From Gammaproteobacteria bacterium (GTDB lineage Bacteria > Pseudomonadota > Gammaproteobacteria > JBCCGL01), in assembly GCA_965277715.1 (NCBI GenBank), contig OZ255836.1, positions 416,001-480,000 of the forward strand: a stretch of 64,000 nucleotides of DNA, in the 5' to 3' direction. This document shows positions 62,633-64,000 of the stretch, in pieces. The first letter of the stretch is position 1; every line of letters starts with the position of its first letter. The notes under the pieces are model-generated. The model did no database searches and was not told where the DNA came from. It saw only the letters and a program-made list of their open reading frames with translations. The translations under genes and the position numbers were made by a program.

Positions 62633-63544
62633 ATGTCAGAAATTTACCACCAGCTTCACGCCTTCTGCGAGTACTCTCTCGTTTTTAAAGGTAACACCGA
62701 GCGTTCCGTTGACACCTACCGTCGCGAACTAAGTGCTTATATCAAGTTTAGCGATGCACAAACCGTCGCCGATATAGACCAGTCGCAAATACAAAAATAC
62801 ATAATGCGTGGCAAGCTAGAACTTAACTGGTCGGCCAAGACGATTCGCAATAGAATTATCTCTCTTAGAATATTTTTAGATTGGTGTCTCAAACAAGGGT
62901 TAGTGACAGATAATCCTGCACGTACCATTGACCTTCCTCGACTACCCAAAACTCTCCCTCGTTCGTTGTCTAAAAACGATGCTTTTACCTTGCTCGAATG
63001 GGCGGCAAACTATCGATATACCTATAAATTCGAGCAGACGCGAGCTATTGCCATTCTCTCTTTGTTTATCTTCACCGGTATTCGCTTAAAAGAGCTGTAC
63101 GGCCTCAAAATGCAGGATATTAGGCTGACCGAAAGAAGTGTGTTTGTCTGTTCGGGTAAAGGACAAAAAGACCGCCTAATTCCGATGAACCACGATTTAG
63201 CGATTGCACTACAAGCCTACATTAAAGAGCGTGATCGTCGTAAACGCCATTGCCCTTACTTATTCGTTTCTCTCAAGCACGATATTCGTATGGGTGACAA
63301 AGTTGTGCCTCGTTTAGTTAACAAATTGCGCGAATGTAGCGACATCTATTTTTATCCACATATGCTGAGACATACCTTTGCGACTCTCATGTTAGAAGGC
63401 GGGGCGGATATTTTTGCCATCAGCAAAATGATGGGGCACAGCGATATCAAAACGACCACTATTTATCTATCGGTCACCACCGCTCACCTTCAAGCGGAAG
63501 TGGCCAAACACCCTCTTGGCACTATAAAAGCCTTATCTCACTAA
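62633..63544 (+). CDS. XerC/D-like tyrosine recombinase
   Basis: SAM-like N-terminus, TGIRLKEL, GKGQKDR, HMLRH, GHSDIKTTTIY. Confidence 0.9.
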   Translation: MSEIYHQLHAFCEYSLVFKGNTERSVDTYRRELSAYIKFSDAQTVADIDQSQIQKYIMRGKLELNWSAKTIRNRIISLRIFLDWCLKQGLVTDNPARTIDLPRLPKTLPRSLSKNDAFTLLEWAANYRYTYKFEQTRAIAILSLFIFTGIRLKELYGLKMQDIRLTERSVFVCSGKGQKDRLIPMNHDLAIALQAYIKERDRRKRHCPYLFVSLKHDIRMGDKVVPRLVNKLRECSDIYFYPHMLRHTFATLMLEGGADIFAISKMMGHSDIKTTTIYLSVTTAHLQAEVAKHPLGTIKALSH

Positions 63545-64000
63545 TGCTACTCTTTAAGCTCTCAGTCGAAACGGAAAGGTAGGTCAATGTAGTGGTAATG
63601 CAGGAATGCCCCAATATTTCTTTAATTTTAAACACATCAACGTTGGCTTCAACCAGCAGCCGAGCACAAGTGTGCCGCAACATATGCGGCGTAAAATAAA
63701 TCCCTGTTTCGTGTGATAGTTTTTGGCAAACAGTACGCACATTTTTTCCCGAAATTGGTTTTTCAGATTGAGCGCCTGTGAAAAAATACCGGCTATAGTT
63801 TCGGCGAGATTTACGTTCTGCAAGGTAATTTTTTAGGATGGGTAACAACCGAGGATGAATAGGGACGATGCGATCTTTCTGCCCTTTTCCTTGACGTACC
63901 AGAATTTCTCGACTGACTAAATTTACATCTGGCACTTCTAAATCCAACATTTCTTGCAACCGGAGGCCGGTGTAAACTAATAGATAAAGCATCGTTTCGT
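63522..64000 (-). CDS. XerC/D-like tyrosine recombinase (5' part outside window)
   Basis: TGLRLQEM, GKGQKDR, HMLRH, GHSCITTTLTY; convergent and overlapping with the previous gene. Confidence 0.88.
   Translation of the reverse strand, partial: ETMLYLLVYTGLRLQEMLDLEVPDVNLVSREILVRQGKGQKDRIVPIHPRLLPILKNYLAERKSRRNYSRYFFTGAQSEKPISGKNVRTVCQKLSHETGIYFTPHMLRHTCARLLVEANVDVFKIKEILGHSCITTTLTYLSVSTESLKSSISEIRLL

Overview
Gammaproteobacterial chromosome window with five parts. (1) 1-14.6 kb is a conserved housekeeping block: iscS-iscU-iscA-hscB-hscA-fdx-iscX-ndk-rlmN-pilW-rodZ-hisS-yfgM-bamB-(DUF945-like)-der. ispG is missing from its usual slot. (2) About 14.65-42.77 kb is a decayed genomic island ending at the 3' end of tRNA-Val(GAC). 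It holds SXT/IncC-type tra remnants, several toxin-antitoxin modules, two MNT-HEPN genes, an IS-disrupted STAND NTPase-nuclease gene, IS66/IS3/IS110 elements, a C4 antisense RNA locus and a broken integron integrase. (3) Inside the island (26.1-31.5 kb) is the best candidate for an undescribed system: three copies of a HUH (Y1/RAYT-like) transposase element with 18-bp inverted ends (AAATAAAGGGGTCAAGTA...TACTTGACCCCTTTATTT). Three right-end TGACCC motifs are each read as Asp-Pro in frame with a start-less toxin-tail-like ORF, followed by an AT-rich immunity-like gene. An IS1111-type remnant abuts a fourth TGACCCC and carries the complementary guide in its non-coding RNA region. (4) 43-60.4 kb holds purB, roxA and an amine/amino-acid catabolic cluster with an ABC permease-serine hydrolase fusion, then yccA. 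(5) 60.6-64 kb has a D-loop-interrupted pseudo-tRNA, tRNA-Ser(TGA), an integrase, a 3' half of tRNA-fMet and two convergent Xer-like recombinases. All calls come from reading motifs by eye; no database searches were run.
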